The notes under the pieces were generated by a model that worked only from the letters and a program-made list of their open reading frames with translations, was not told where the DNA came from and ran no database searches. Below, piece by piece: positions 33,401 to 42,598 of a stretch of 60,409 bases of DNA; within the stretch, counting starts at the first letter, position 1, and each line of letters begins with the position of its first letter. The position numbers and the translations under genes are program-made. The DNA comes from a virus. Location: positions 1-60,409 of the IMG/VR virus record IMGVR_UViG_3300031949_000038; one strand, given 5' to 3'.

Positions 33401-36400
33401 TGCTCGGGTTCCGCCAGCGACATGACACCAAGCTGGATCAGCGGGCGGTTTTCGTGGTCGGTTGCGTAGGCGTGCAGCCTGGCTTTGGATAACAGCCCGC
33501 TGCGCGACATCGCATCCCCGAACCGCGTCCCTTCCATCCAGTCTTTCGGCGGTGCCCTGCCGTTTTTCACCCACTCCTCGGCAACATTCAGTATCCGGCT
33601 GATCTCGATCGACGAAAGCCGGTCCTGCTGGTCGTCAAGGCGCGCGTCGATCGCGTCGGCCAGGCGCGTCAGGCCCAGCCGGCGCAGCGCGTCGCGGACA
33701 TACAGCACGAACTTGCGCCACCCGGTCAGCTTCACCAGCTCGGCCTGGGGCGTCTCCACCAGCGCCTCCTCTGTCGCCTCGGCGATCGAGGACAGGCCGA
33801 ATTTCTTCCGGATGGCGTCCGCGCGCTGGCGCAGCGCCCGGTTGTTCAGGTACAGGTTGCGCAGTATCGGGTCCAAATTCGGGCCCAACGTGCCGCGCAG
33901 GCCGTAGTGCCGCAATTCATGGGACAGCAGGGTGTGCTCGGCGCGCGCCATGCTGCGGGTGTTCCAGCGGAACATATAGATCACGCCGTCATGCAGCGCC
34001 GCCTCGATATTCTCTACCGCATCAACGCCCTCCATTGCCGCGGCGAGCCCTTCCGGGATGTCCGTCTTTTCGTCGACGATGACGATTTTCGGCAGGTTCT
34101 TGAAACTGCGCCGCGCGGTGTCGATGACGGCCTGGAGGTCGCGCCTGGCGATGCCGCCGCGCGCGGTGGCGCGGCTGAACCTCGGCGGCGCTGCCCCGTC
34201 AATCGCGCTCGGCTTGTTTTGCTCTGCGTAGGCGTCCAAAATTCCCGCTAAGTAGCCGCGTAGTTTATTGGTATCAGTGAAATATTCCGATGACCGAAAG
34301 CCCTTCCCGTAGAGTTTGGTGGCGACTCGCTTCAGCCACGTTACAACCGCGTCTAACAGTTGTTTGAACTTTGACGGATCGTGGTTTGCCAAAACCTTCA
34401 GAAACTCAGGGTCGGCCAGCGCGTCCCCGGTGAAATCTGCTAAGAGTTCTTCTTGCGCGTCGAAGTTTTCCGCGCCAGTCTTTTCGAGATTGCGTCCATA
34501 ACGCTCTGTGGCACCGGGACGATAGTAATTGGCTGCTTCTCCGGCGAACCATTCATAGACTTCCGGGTAATCTTCTTTGATTTGGTGAAGCAATTCGTGT
34601 CCGAGGATGTTGACGAATCCATGTTGCTCGTTGGCAATGTTGACGTAGATTCTTCCGCCGTAGGAAATCCCCTCGAATCCTGAGCCTTCAGGAATCTGAT
34701 GCGCGATAAAGACCGTATCTTTGCCAAAAGCCGCTTTGATAGCGGCGGCGATATTAGTACGTGCAGTTCCGGGCTGAGCCAAGGCATATGCGTTTCTCCA
34801 TTTTGGGTCGCCGAGGTCTTCGGCCATTTTGTCATTCAGGGCTTGGATTTCGGGGGTGGTGATTCCCGTAGAAACCGGGGCGCCTTTTGGGGTGCGGCTA
34901 TAGAGCGCCACGCCCTTGTCGGTTTCGCGGGTCTCGATCGTCTGGAAGAAATGATCGAATGCCGCGCGGACAACTGCCATTTCGTCGGCCGTTGGATAGG
35001 GGAACGTGTTGTCTTTCTCAACGCCGAGCGCGGTAGCTGCCTTCCAATAGTCCTCTGAAACGATGTTTGCAAGGTAATCGTTCGAGGCGTTCTGATCTTG
35101 GAGTTTTGCGACGATGTATGACTCGAACGAGCGGGCCGCCATCTCAAGGCCGGTCGCCCAATATGGCTTGGATCGAGTTTGGTCGAGGCGTTGCGAACGC
35201 TTGATCAGGTCGGTCTTGCGAATCGCTTCCCTGATTTTCTTGAAGGCTTCAACCATCTCCGGGCGAACGGGTGCCCCTGCCGTGGTCGATTCTGACAGGT
35301 AGCCGGCTGGCTTCCCACCCATGCGAGCGAAGTAGTTATCGACGCCGTGGAACCACTCGTGCGCCAAACTGCCGGCGCCGCGCGCCTTGGTCAGATTGAT
35401 GACGACTTGGACGGGCTCATAATGCGCGGACGGCGCGTGCTTCCCGCCAGTACCACGAGCGCCGAAGGCAAGGCCAAGCTCACCATTCAGGGATAGCGCT
35501 TTCGACGGAATGCCGAGCACGCCTGCCAGGTCCATGAGGGCATCGTATGCCTCGTTTAGATCCTGCTGGCGCTTGGCGTCTTCGACGTAGTTCCCGAATT
35601 GGACCCCGCGGAAACCGAAGGCTTCCGTGAACCGCTCCGGCGTGACATCGGCTCCGTTCCTGTGGTCAATCCCAACCCTGGGCGAGTTCGTCTCATTACG
35701 CTCGTAGGGCACATCCTTGTATTTTTCCAGCAGTCGCAACAACTCCGCCTGATTCTCTGCCTTCCATGCGCGCGCTTCTTTGGCATTGGCGAATCCGCCT
35801 TTCAATTCGGCAACGTTCGAACCAATCTTCTTGCCGATGAAGATTTCCTTTGAGCCGCGCTTGCTGTAAATCTGGAAGTCGATCGCCTTGGTGGCGTCCT
35901 GCTCTGGGGTTGTCTCAAGCCATGACTTCTTGAAGGCGGCGATAGCTTCGGCGCGCGTGCCGCCAGTCGCAATCATCTTCGGCCAGCGGCTCATGGCGGT
36001 GTTGGCGGCCTTCATTTCGACGGACCAGATTACTTTCGGCGGATCGTAGGCCACGCGGTCGTACATCGAATAGACGCCCTCGCTGATCCTGATGCCTCTC
36101 AGGCTCTTGGCGTGACCAACTTCTTGGTAGAGGTCAACGCGATCGGCGACCGTGTTGAGGCCCTTATTGCCCGCAAGCAGTTCGCGCGCACGCTCAACGC
36201 TCAGGTTGCCGGCAGCGAGTTCAAGGGATGTGTCGCGCAGTTTTTCGACCATCGCAACCCATCGCTGCAACTTCCACGATTGGCTTGGCTTCGTCGGCAC
36301 TTCGTCCCGGGCCGCGTGCATAAAGGCAACGGCCCATGCGTTCGAGCCGCCATCGAACAACTTCTGGTAATCCGGCTCGGGCCAAGATTGCGATAGCGGG

Positions 36401-39400
36401 ACGGCGGCAATGTCCGCGCTCTTGGCTTCGGCGAGCTTGGCGGCGTAGTCCTTCCGGGCGCCCGCGATGCGTTCGCCGAAATCCTGAATGTTCTTGTCAG
36501 CAATCCCACCCTCTTTTTCTGCCGTGATCGAGGCAAACGGCGTTACTTCATCGGCGGCAAGTTGGACGTATCCGCCTTGCTGCAGCCTGATGTCGAGTTT
36601 GCCATCCGGCCGCACACTGAGTACGCGCCCCGCTGCGCTGGTCTCGCCGCTTGGTGCGGTGATCTTGAATTTGACCATCTGGCCGACTAGATCGGCGGGC
36701 TTGGTCGTAGTTTCGCTACGATTTGGGGCAACTGGCGAAGAAATGCCAGCGGAGGGCTCATTCGGAAATTTGACGAAGAAAGCGCCGTGGCCTGTTCCGA
36801 TTTGAACGCCGTCAATGCTACTGTCTAATTGGCGTATCCAGACATCAGCATGAGGACTGTAGGCTTTTTCAAATTCAGATTCGCGCTCAAACCCGAGTTC
36901 GCGCACAACAAAGCGGCGCCACTCACCAAAGAATGCGACATCTCGAAATCGAATTGGGTTTTTCGGAAGATCACCATGGGACATTTCCTTGATGGCGCCG
37001 TAGCCTTTGGCTTGGTCTTTGTCGGTGGTGGTGTATAGCCCGCGCCCTTCGCCTCCAACGCGCCGCCCTGTATTCTGATCCTCTCCGCGATAAAGTTTTG
37101 TTTTGGTTCCAATCTTCAACCCGCGATCAAGCCACCGGTTTTCGTCAAATATCCGAGCAAGTTGGTCCGCGCTTACCCCGGATTCGCCCGCTGCGGCAGG
37201 AGTCGGCTGATCGGCCGCAGCGGATTTGTCCTGGGCCATGGCGGGCATCTTACCACTGGCCGCCTCATCCATCTTCGCTGCCGCAGCACGCAGGAGGTCG
37301 GCGGCGGACATTTCGGCGGCGGGTTTGGCTGGCTGGGCGAAAATGTCCGCCTGGCCGGCTGCGGCACCCACATCGGCGGGCCGGTCAGATCCGGTAAGCG
37401 TGAATCCGCCGCGCTGGTCGTCGGCCGCGGCTTTTTTCTCGGCGTCGGCTTTCGCCTTTGCCGCTGCTTCTTCCTTGGCGGCCTTGGCCTTTAGGTCGTC
37501 TTCTGTTTGCCGGGCGAGGTCGAGGGCGGGGCGCTCTGCCTGTCCCACTTCGCCTTGAGCAGCTGGCGCGCGAGCTTTCTCACCTTCAGCGGCAGGGCGC
37601 GTGCTTTTTCCGAAAAGGCTGTCGAGTTCATCTTCTTTCTGCTCCTCAGTCATTGTAGACCATGAGTCCGTGGCTTGCTCTGACGAATCCACAAAGTCTT
37701 GCGCCTGCTCGGCTTCGGCCTGGGTTGTTTCATGTGGAACATCCTCGCCCTCGTACTGCGCCAGATCGAGCAGGAACCGGACGACCTGGGCCTGCTTCCC
37801 GGTCAGTTTGTCGCCGGCAATAGCCTTGTCGACGGCGGCGCGGTAGTAGCCCTCATTCTCTTGGACGGGGCGGGTCGGCCACCATTCGGCGCGAGGTATC
37901 CATTTCGTGCGGCTGATGACTTCCTCGCCGGCGGCTTCACCAGTTTTGGTGCGAATCATGTGACCGCCGCGCTCGGCCCAGCCTGCCTGATCTGCCAGCG
38001 ACTTGAGCGTTTCGGCCGTCCCCGGCTCCTTTATCCGCTCGGCAAGCTGCTCGGCATCTGCGGTACGCTTCGCGATCTCTGCCCGGGCAAGCGGCTTGAC
38101 GCCCTTTTTGCCCTTGCTGGCCGCAATCGCCAGTTGCTTATCGCTGAGCTGGTCCACGGTCATGCCGAAAATCGTCTCGCCCTTCCTGTCCCGCGTCTTG
38201 AGCTCGGCGGTGGCGGCGGCTTTCTGGTCGAAATAGGGGGCGTTCTCGGCCGCCAGCTGCAGGGCGGTAACGCTCATTTCAGCGGGAAGTTGGCCGTTGA
38301 TGCGGACAGGCGGCGCTTTGGCCGGTTCTGCTTGTGAGGCGGGCGCCGGCGCGGCTTTCTCTGGTCCGGCGGTAGGTTGGGCAGGGGCGGCCGGTTGTGC
38401 GGCTGTAGCGGCTTCTGCGGGCTTCCGGCCAACCACGTCGAAGCGGTCCGGAAACTCTGGAATCGTTGACTTTTCGATGGTCCAGGTCAGATCGGGCTGT
38501 TTGGCGGCGCGCTCTTTCAGGGCTACACGGGCGGGGGTGATGTTCATGCCCTTCCCGTATTGGCCCTGGAAGCGTTCGACTTCGGCTTGAATGGGGGCGG
38601 CCGGCTCCGCCTGGGCGGCGGGCGCGGCTTCTTGTTGTTCCGGCAAAGTAGCCGCCTGACCGGGCGCTACGCCGGTATCACTCGCTTCCGGGGCGAGGGC
38701 TTGGCTTTCAGCTACAGGCTGGCTGCTTTGGTCTTCCGGGTTCTGTTTCCGCGCCTGTAGTGCCGCAGCGGCCGCGTGGCGCGTGTTCGCCGGCGCCATG
38801 GCATCCGTGGCAAGGGTCTGCAGCTGCGCGTCGCTGTGCTGGTCTACGGCTACGCCTGCGACGGTTTTCGGCGCAATCGCCGGTGTTTGTTGGGCAGGTT
38901 GACCCTGCTCTTGTTCTTTTGTCGCCTGCCGAAGCAGAAAATTGCGGGCTTTCAGCCCTTTCTCGATGACCTTCAGCGTACCGTCTCCGCGGGGCGCGAC
39001 AAAGCCCTTGACGAGCACAGCCTGGCCTTCCGTGTCCGATACCGGCTCGCGTTTCATCAGGCGCTGCAAAATCGGCAGATCCTCCGGCTGCGGCGCCCTG
39101 GCCTGCTCTGCGGCTTTGGCGGCATCCTGAACAGCCTGGTCCTGTGCGGCAGCCTCTTGGGCCATCCTGTCCTGCTCTTGCTGCCTTGCGCGGGCCCGGG
39201 CCTCTTGCATGGCAATCGCCATGGCAGTTTGCGGTTGCGGCGTGCTCGGCGCGGTCCCTGCCTGGATCGCGTCCAGTTCCGCCTGCTTTGCGCGTTCTAC
39301 CTGCTGTTCGGCAAAACGCGCCTTCTGATCGCGCGCCTCGCTTTCGATCAATCCCGTCAATTCTGAATCGTTGACGGTTATGTTCGCGCCAACTGCCGGT

Positions 39401-40599
39401 CCTACCGGCTGGCTGGTGGCCTCTGTGGCGGCCTGGATGGCTGAGTTGGCGTCCTGGGCGGCGTCGATGTTCTCCAAGCCCTCGGCGGTGACCCGCTCCT
39501 CGTTGCGGGCGTGATCCTCGAGTTGGCCTTGCTGTTGCGCCGACGATATGAGGCCGGCACCACCGCCGACAACCGTGCCACCAAGACCGCCTACCGCGGC
39601 GGCGTTGATGCGCTCGCGTTCGGCTTCCGGGGTATCGGTCGGCTTCCCGGCGCCGTACTGCTCGAGGCCGGTTTGCACGTATTCCTGCCCGGCTTCGATT
39701 GGTAGACCCACAGCAGCACCAGCCGCGCCCCTCGCGGCCCTGCCACTTAGTCCGGTCATCTTGCCGATGTTCAAGCGGCCTGTGACAGCCCCCAATCCAA
39801 GCAAGTCCGTCGCGGTTTCCGTTCCCGCAGCTACGGCGGCAGCGCCCCATGCCCGCAGGAGGTCGTCCCCGGTAATTGGTTTGCCAGTCTTTTCAGATTC
39901 CTCGATCAGCCCGCCGTAGATGTCCCCGGCTTCCATGCCAAGGTTCTGCGCTTGCAGGGCGATACCTGCACCAATTGCCTGGGCGGTGCGCTGCGCGGCG
40001 ATCTTCGTGGCTTCAGGGAGGACGGACTTGATGGCAAGCTCTGCGGCGGCAGCGGTCAAGCCTTGCTTGGAAACGGTTTCCTCGGCGATCTTCGCGGCTT
40101 GTTTGGCAACGACGCCGCCGAGCATCTTCTGTGTGGCAGCGGAAAGCCCCGCCTTGCCAACGACGGCGCCGATGCCACCGGTAACAGCGGTCTGGATCGC
40201 CTGCCCCGCCACATAGCCCGCAGAGTCCTGGAGCCAATCCACCATGCTGCCGAGGTCGCCTGATTTGAGGTTTTCCCAAGCATCGGTGAATTCGACCGAT
40301 GGCGCGTATTGCTGATTCTCGGCCTGCTTGGCGGCGAACTTCTCGCCGAAATAGTTCTTGGCTGCGGTAGATAGACCACCTTCGCCAAACAGGTTCTCGG
40401 CTGACATGGAGGCGAGCGCCCCGGCACCATAGGCGAGTTCTGGTAATTGTGCGAAGGCGCGTTTAAAGCCTTTGGAGGTGTCGCCAGATGGTTCCGGTGG
40501 CTTTACCCCGGTATCGAATTGGTCGAACACGTTTCCACCTGAAGCATCAGCGAGCGGCGCTCGGTCAAGCTGATCAAACTGATCAAACACATTGGGCAT
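30418..40599 (-). CDS. Giant (3393 aa) multidomain virion-associated polyvalent-type protein
   Basis: Single uninterrupted ORF. Gly/Ala-rich N-terminus, long Ala/Gln/Pro/Glu linkers, ART-like segment, three HExxH segments, GNAT-like segment, and a conserved-looking C-terminal module with one TM. Confidence 0.85.
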   Translation of the reverse strand: MPNVFDQFDQLDRAPLADASGGNVFDQFDTGVKPPEPSGDTSKGFKRAFAQLPELAYGAGALASMSAENLFGEGGLSTAAKNYFGEKFAAKQAENQQYAPSVEFTDAWENLKSGDLGSMVDWLQDSAGYVAGQAIQTAVTGGIGAVVGKAGLSAATQKMLGGVVAKQAAKIAEETVSKQGLTAAAAELAIKSVLPEATKIAAQRTAQAIGAGIALQAQNLGMEAGDIYGGLIEESEKTGKPITGDDLLRAWGAAAVAAGTETATDLLGLGAVTGRLNIGKMTGLSGRAARGAAGAAVGLPIEAGQEYVQTGLEQYGAGKPTDTPEAERERINAAAVGGLGGTVVGGGAGLISSAQQQGQLEDHARNEERVTAEGLENIDAAQDANSAIQAATEATSQPVGPAVGANITVNDSELTGLIESEARDQKARFAEQQVERAKQAELDAIQAGTAPSTPQPQTAMAIAMQEARARARQQEQDRMAQEAAAQDQAVQDAAKAAEQARAPQPEDLPILQRLMKREPVSDTEGQAVLVKGFVAPRGDGTLKVIEKGLKARNFLLRQATKEQEQGQPAQQTPAIAPKTVAGVAVDQHSDAQLQTLATDAMAPANTRHAAAAALQARKQNPEDQSSQPVAESQALAPEASDTGVAPGQAATLPEQQEAAPAAQAEPAAPIQAEVERFQGQYGKGMNITPARVALKERAAKQPDLTWTIEKSTIPEFPDRFDVVGRKPAEAATAAQPAAPAQPTAGPEKAAPAPASQAEPAKAPPVRINGQLPAEMSVTALQLAAENAPYFDQKAAATAELKTRDRKGETIFGMTVDQLSDKQLAIAASKGKKGVKPLARAEIAKRTADAEQLAERIKEPGTAETLKSLADQAGWAERGGHMIRTKTGEAAGEEVISRTKWIPRAEWWPTRPVQENEGYYRAAVDKAIAGDKLTGKQAQVVRFLLDLAQYEGEDVPHETTQAEAEQAQDFVDSSEQATDSWSTMTEEQKEDELDSLFGKSTRPAAEGEKARAPAAQGEVGQAERPALDLARQTEDDLKAKAAKEEAAAKAKADAEKKAAADDQRGGFTLTGSDRPADVGAAAGQADIFAQPAKPAAEMSAADLLRAAAAKMDEAASGKMPAMAQDKSAAADQPTPAAAGESGVSADQLARIFDENRWLDRGLKIGTKTKLYRGEDQNTGRRVGGEGRGLYTTTDKDQAKGYGAIKEMSHGDLPKNPIRFRDVAFFGEWRRFVVRELGFERESEFEKAYSPHADVWIRQLDSSIDGVQIGTGHGAFFVKFPNEPSAGISSPVAPNRSETTTKPADLVGQMVKFKITAPSGETSAAGRVLSVRPDGKLDIRLQQGGYVQLAADEVTPFASITAEKEGGIADKNIQDFGERIAGARKDYAAKLAEAKSADIAAVPLSQSWPEPDYQKLFDGGSNAWAVAFMHAARDEVPTKPSQSWKLQRWVAMVEKLRDTSLELAAGNLSVERARELLAGNKGLNTVADRVDLYQEVGHAKSLRGIRISEGVYSMYDRVAYDPPKVIWSVEMKAANTAMSRWPKMIATGGTRAEAIAAFKKSWLETTPEQDATKAIDFQIYSKRGSKEIFIGKKIGSNVAELKGGFANAKEARAWKAENQAELLRLLEKYKDVPYERNETNSPRVGIDHRNGADVTPERFTEAFGFRGVQFGNYVEDAKRQQDLNEAYDALMDLAGVLGIPSKALSLNGELGLAFGARGTGGKHAPSAHYEPVQVVINLTKARGAGSLAHEWFHGVDNYFARMGGKPAGYLSESTTAGAPVRPEMVEAFKKIREAIRKTDLIKRSQRLDQTRSKPYWATGLEMAARSFESYIVAKLQDQNASNDYLANIVSEDYWKAATALGVEKDNTFPYPTADEMAVVRAAFDHFFQTIETRETDKGVALYSRTPKGAPVSTGITTPEIQALNDKMAEDLGDPKWRNAYALAQPGTARTNIAAAIKAAFGKDTVFIAHQIPEGSGFEGISYGGRIYVNIANEQHGFVNILGHELLHQIKEDYPEVYEWFAGEAANYYRPGATERYGRNLEKTGAENFDAQEELLADFTGDALADPEFLKVLANHDPSKFKQLLDAVVTWLKRVATKLYGKGFRSSEYFTDTNKLRGYLAGILDAYAEQNKPSAIDGAAPPRFSRATARGGIARRDLQAVIDTARRSFKNLPKIVIVDEKTDIPEGLAAAMEGVDAVENIEAALHDGVIYMFRWNTRSMARAEHTLLSHELRHYGLRGTLGPNLDPILRNLYLNNRALRQRADAIRKKFGLSSIAEATEEALVETPQAELVKLTGWRKFVLYVRDALRRLGLTRLADAIDARLDDQQDRLSSIEISRILNVAEEWVKNGRAPPKDWMEGTRFGDAMSRSGLLSKARLHAYATDHENRPLIQLGVMSLAEPEQWSKQGDVTNYEHVVVSKGDEVGIVSLGWRGDQAVQLHNIRTFSGGRENGYGTRILDTILTNNDPNTTLWIRHVTPEARQWWINRGAQIFRTEEGEDATLTKADFDAAHADQQTDRRTAGEASQARAETAVGEGENGSGDTGRQPGDETVARFSRTPTAPDWVKKQPTDTQEALRKAGVWHAPPTLKARVKEWSKDWQKRMKQGVVDQFDPIKEYDYHAYMLARMARGADNALDGLLNYGTVYLDNDGAVDVNFERGGFLGIMSKLAGEHDRFLAWVIGNRAGRLLAEGREHNFTAQDISRLKALNQGQMAGGASRAQEYARVRADLDRYNKAVLDIAEKSGLIDAAGRVAWEKDFYVPFYRLMEDEAGKQQGPIPSKGLVNQYAFKVLKGGEQALGDPMENVLKNWSHLLDASLNNQAARESLLAAQRVGAVVEGDEATVRQMAKAAGLKEAVVSFTDQGEQRWFMVEDPFLLDAMKAIGFTGFQGAGMKVMQKFKKWLTIGVTVSPTFRIRNVIRDSLQMIGANPASYNVLGNVLTGWKATKADSPEYASILVGGGVMRFGTILDGNRAEHVKRLIESGVDDQTILTTPQRVKDAMQQAWDWWQTVGDRAENVNRAALYKKLLADGKTHLEASFAARDTMDFSMQGTWAAVRFLSQTVPFFNARLQGLYKLSRGAAEDPRRFGIVVGGAALASIALLLAYRDDDEWQKREAWDRETYWAFRVGDTMFRIPKPFEIGAIATIAERGLEAMISDELTGKQFAERVFSIVSQQLSMNPVPQLAMPLIELYANRDSFTDRPIEGMGMERLSKPMRAGPYTSATAQLLGKNGLISPVQIDHLVSGYFGWLGSHIVSTADLALRPAMDLPGKPAYRVDDVLVAGDFAKNLPSYQSKYVTRLYDQMKEVQQAMADLRELQKVGAIEEAKELIEDKGDKIRLYWLYTNAQKQMTNVNRQIKMVPYRAGTAAEKRERLDALYKIKNRIAETTERSARSLQR

Positions 40600-40602
40600 T
40601 GC

Positions 40603-41526
40603 TTATCCCCCAGACATCCGCGCTTCGCCCTTCCTTGTGTCAAGCTCCGCCTGCGCCTCTCGCGCTTGTGCGACGCTTACTCCTTTCGGGCGCGACGCCA
40701 ATCGAGTGAGATCTGTGCTCTTGGCGTTATAGAGTGGGCGCCCAGGAACAGATACGGCAGCGGAAGATTCTTGCAGGTACTGCGCAGGATCAACGCCATA
40801 TTTTTCCTTGAATTGCGGCGCGACCTTCGGGTTCTTGCGGAGCAAATCAATCGCTGCCTGTGGCGGCTCTGCTGACGCTCCCTTCTTGGATGACTTCCCC
40901 TGGGGTCCAATGACCTTGCCGGACAGCGTATCGACAAATCCAGTCACCTTTTTCTCCATCGTCGTCGGGTCCATGCTCTCGATTGGCTTGTACCGCTCGC
41001 CGACCTTGCCCAGCAGGGTCATATACTGCGCGCCCAACTCGATCTTCTTTTCCGGATCGGGTTCGCTGACGTAGGCATCGCGCGCGGTATCGATGGCTTT
41101 CTTCTGCTTCACGTCTAGGCTATGGGTTGCCTGGAGCATATCAACCTTCGACTGCTCCATCTTGATTTGCGCCGCCTGTTGCGATATTTGCTTACCAAGG
41201 ACCGCCATGCGCTCCGTGTGCTGGCGCTCGTCGCGCGCACCGCTGGCCTCAATTTCCGTCGCGCGCTGCTCGCGGTTCAGCGTGCCCTCCACCTGTTGCG
41301 CCTGGATGGTTCTGCCCTGGCGCAAATCAGCGGCTTCGTTTCCTTGCTTTTGCAGGCTTTCCGCGCCAGCCTGGCGCTGTGCTTGAAGTTCTTGCGCGGC
41401 CTCGGCAATCCGCGCGTCGCGGTCTTTCTGGATCAGCGCCTCCTGCTCGTTCAGCCCGAGTTTGACGCCCGCCTCGCCAGCGCCACGCAGCGCGCCGCCC
41501 ATCACGGAAGAAATGAGCCCCATCAC
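40603..41526 (-). CDS. Internal virion / ejection-type protein (307 aa, Gln/Ala-rich coiled coil)
   Basis: Position in the internal-protein block; composition. Confidence 0.5.
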   Translation of the reverse strand: MMGLISSVMGGALRGAGEAGVKLGLNEQEALIQKDRDARIAEAAQELQAQRQAGAESLQKQGNEAADLRQGRTIQAQQVEGTLNREQRATEIEASGARDERQHTERMAVLGKQISQQAAQIKMEQSKVDMLQATHSLDVKQKKAIDTARDAYVSEPDPEKKIELGAQYMTLLGKVGERYKPIESMDPTTMEKKVTGFVDTLSGKVIGPQGKSSKKGASAEPPQAAIDLLRKNPKVAPQFKEKYGVDPAQYLQESSAAVSVPGRPLYNAKSTDLTRLASRPKGVSVAQAREAQAELDTRKGEARMSGG

Positions 41527-41966
41527 ATACCCCCTTGCTGCGCCTGGTTGATGATGCCGCCCCCTGGCGGTTGCTGCGCGACTTCAGGCGCCGGCGCCTG
41601 CTCTGGCGCCTGCTCTGGCGCCTGCGAACCTTGGAATTGTTGCTGCATCAGCCGCTTTAACATCGGCCCCGCCGCCTTGATGTCCTGCGGCGTCGGCTCG
41701 CCATAGCCTGCGTCTGCGATGGCTTTTGCGATTTCCAGCAGCAGGATCGCCGCGGCCGGCATGAGCACGCTGCGCGGAATCGACCCGTTCGCCTTGTCTT
41801 GCAGCAGCGACATGATCCCGACAGTCTCGGTGGCGAGTTTTTCCGGCATGGGCATGTCTTTTTGCATGCCCTGCTTGAACGTCGGCCAGGTCTTCTCGCT
41901 GAACATCAGCTTCTTGCCGGCCAATACCACCTTGCGGACGTTGGTTTGATCGCTCGGGTTTTTCAT
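41523..41966 (-). CDS. Hypothetical virion-module protein (147 aa)
   Basis: Coupled ORF. Confidence 0.5.
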   Translation of the reverse strand: MKNPSDQTNVRKVVLAGKKLMFSEKTWPTFKQGMQKDMPMPEKLATETVGIMSLLQDKANGSIPRSVLMPAAAILLLEIAKAIADAGYGEPTPQDIKAAGPMLKRLMQQQFQGSQAPEQAPEQAPAPEVAQQPPGGGIINQAQQGGM

Positions 41967-42586
41967 CTGAGCACCCTTTTGGTTACCGGCGTAAGCCGCG
42001 CGCGCGCCGCCCTGTTGATCAAGCCGACCGGCTGCCCGGCGGCGTCGGTTGGCGCATTGAATTGGAAATTGGAGAAGTTCTGGTTCTGCGCCCGCTGGGC
42101 CGCGATGTCGGCCTGGGACTTGGCGAGCATTTCGGCGGTATTGATCTTCCTCTCCTCCAGTTTCATCTTTTCCTTGTCGGCGATACCCTTCCCGATTCCA
42201 GCAATCGCGCCGGCGCCGATCGTCATGGCCGCGACCTGCACCTTGTCGCTCTTCCAGTTGATGTCGTTCTTCACGGAGTAGAGCAATTTATCGAGCCAAC
42301 CGTCCTTCACATTGGCCTTGCCGTCTGTTTCCGCGCCGGATGTTTCCGGCGCAATCGCGGTGTCCGCATTTCCGGCGGGCGCCTGGTATTCCGCGCTGTT
42401 GAAAATCGAATCGAACACAGCCATCGACGCCGCAGAAAACATGTCGTCTTCGCCGGTGTCATAGGCCGCAGTCGCATCTTGCTCTACGTACCCGGGATCG
42501 ATGTATCCCGGATCGGTTTGCCCCGGATCGGTTTGCCCGGCACCGTAAGCGCCGGGGGCGCTATACATTTCGTCTTCCCATCCCAT
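41963..42586 (-). CDS. Hypothetical virion-module protein (207 aa)
   Basis: Coupled ORF; central hydrophobic AMTIGAGAIAGIG segment. Confidence 0.5.
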   Translation of the reverse strand: MGWEDEMYSAPGAYGAGQTDPGQTDPGYIDPGYVEQDATAAYDTGEDDMFSAASMAVFDSIFNSAEYQAPAGNADTAIAPETSGAETDGKANVKDGWLDKLLYSVKNDINWKSDKVQVAAMTIGAGAIAGIGKGIADKEKMKLEERKINTAEMLAKSQADIAAQRAQNQNFSNFQFNAPTDAAGQPVGLINRAARARLTPVTKRVLR

Positions 42587-42598
42587 GACGCTTCTCCT

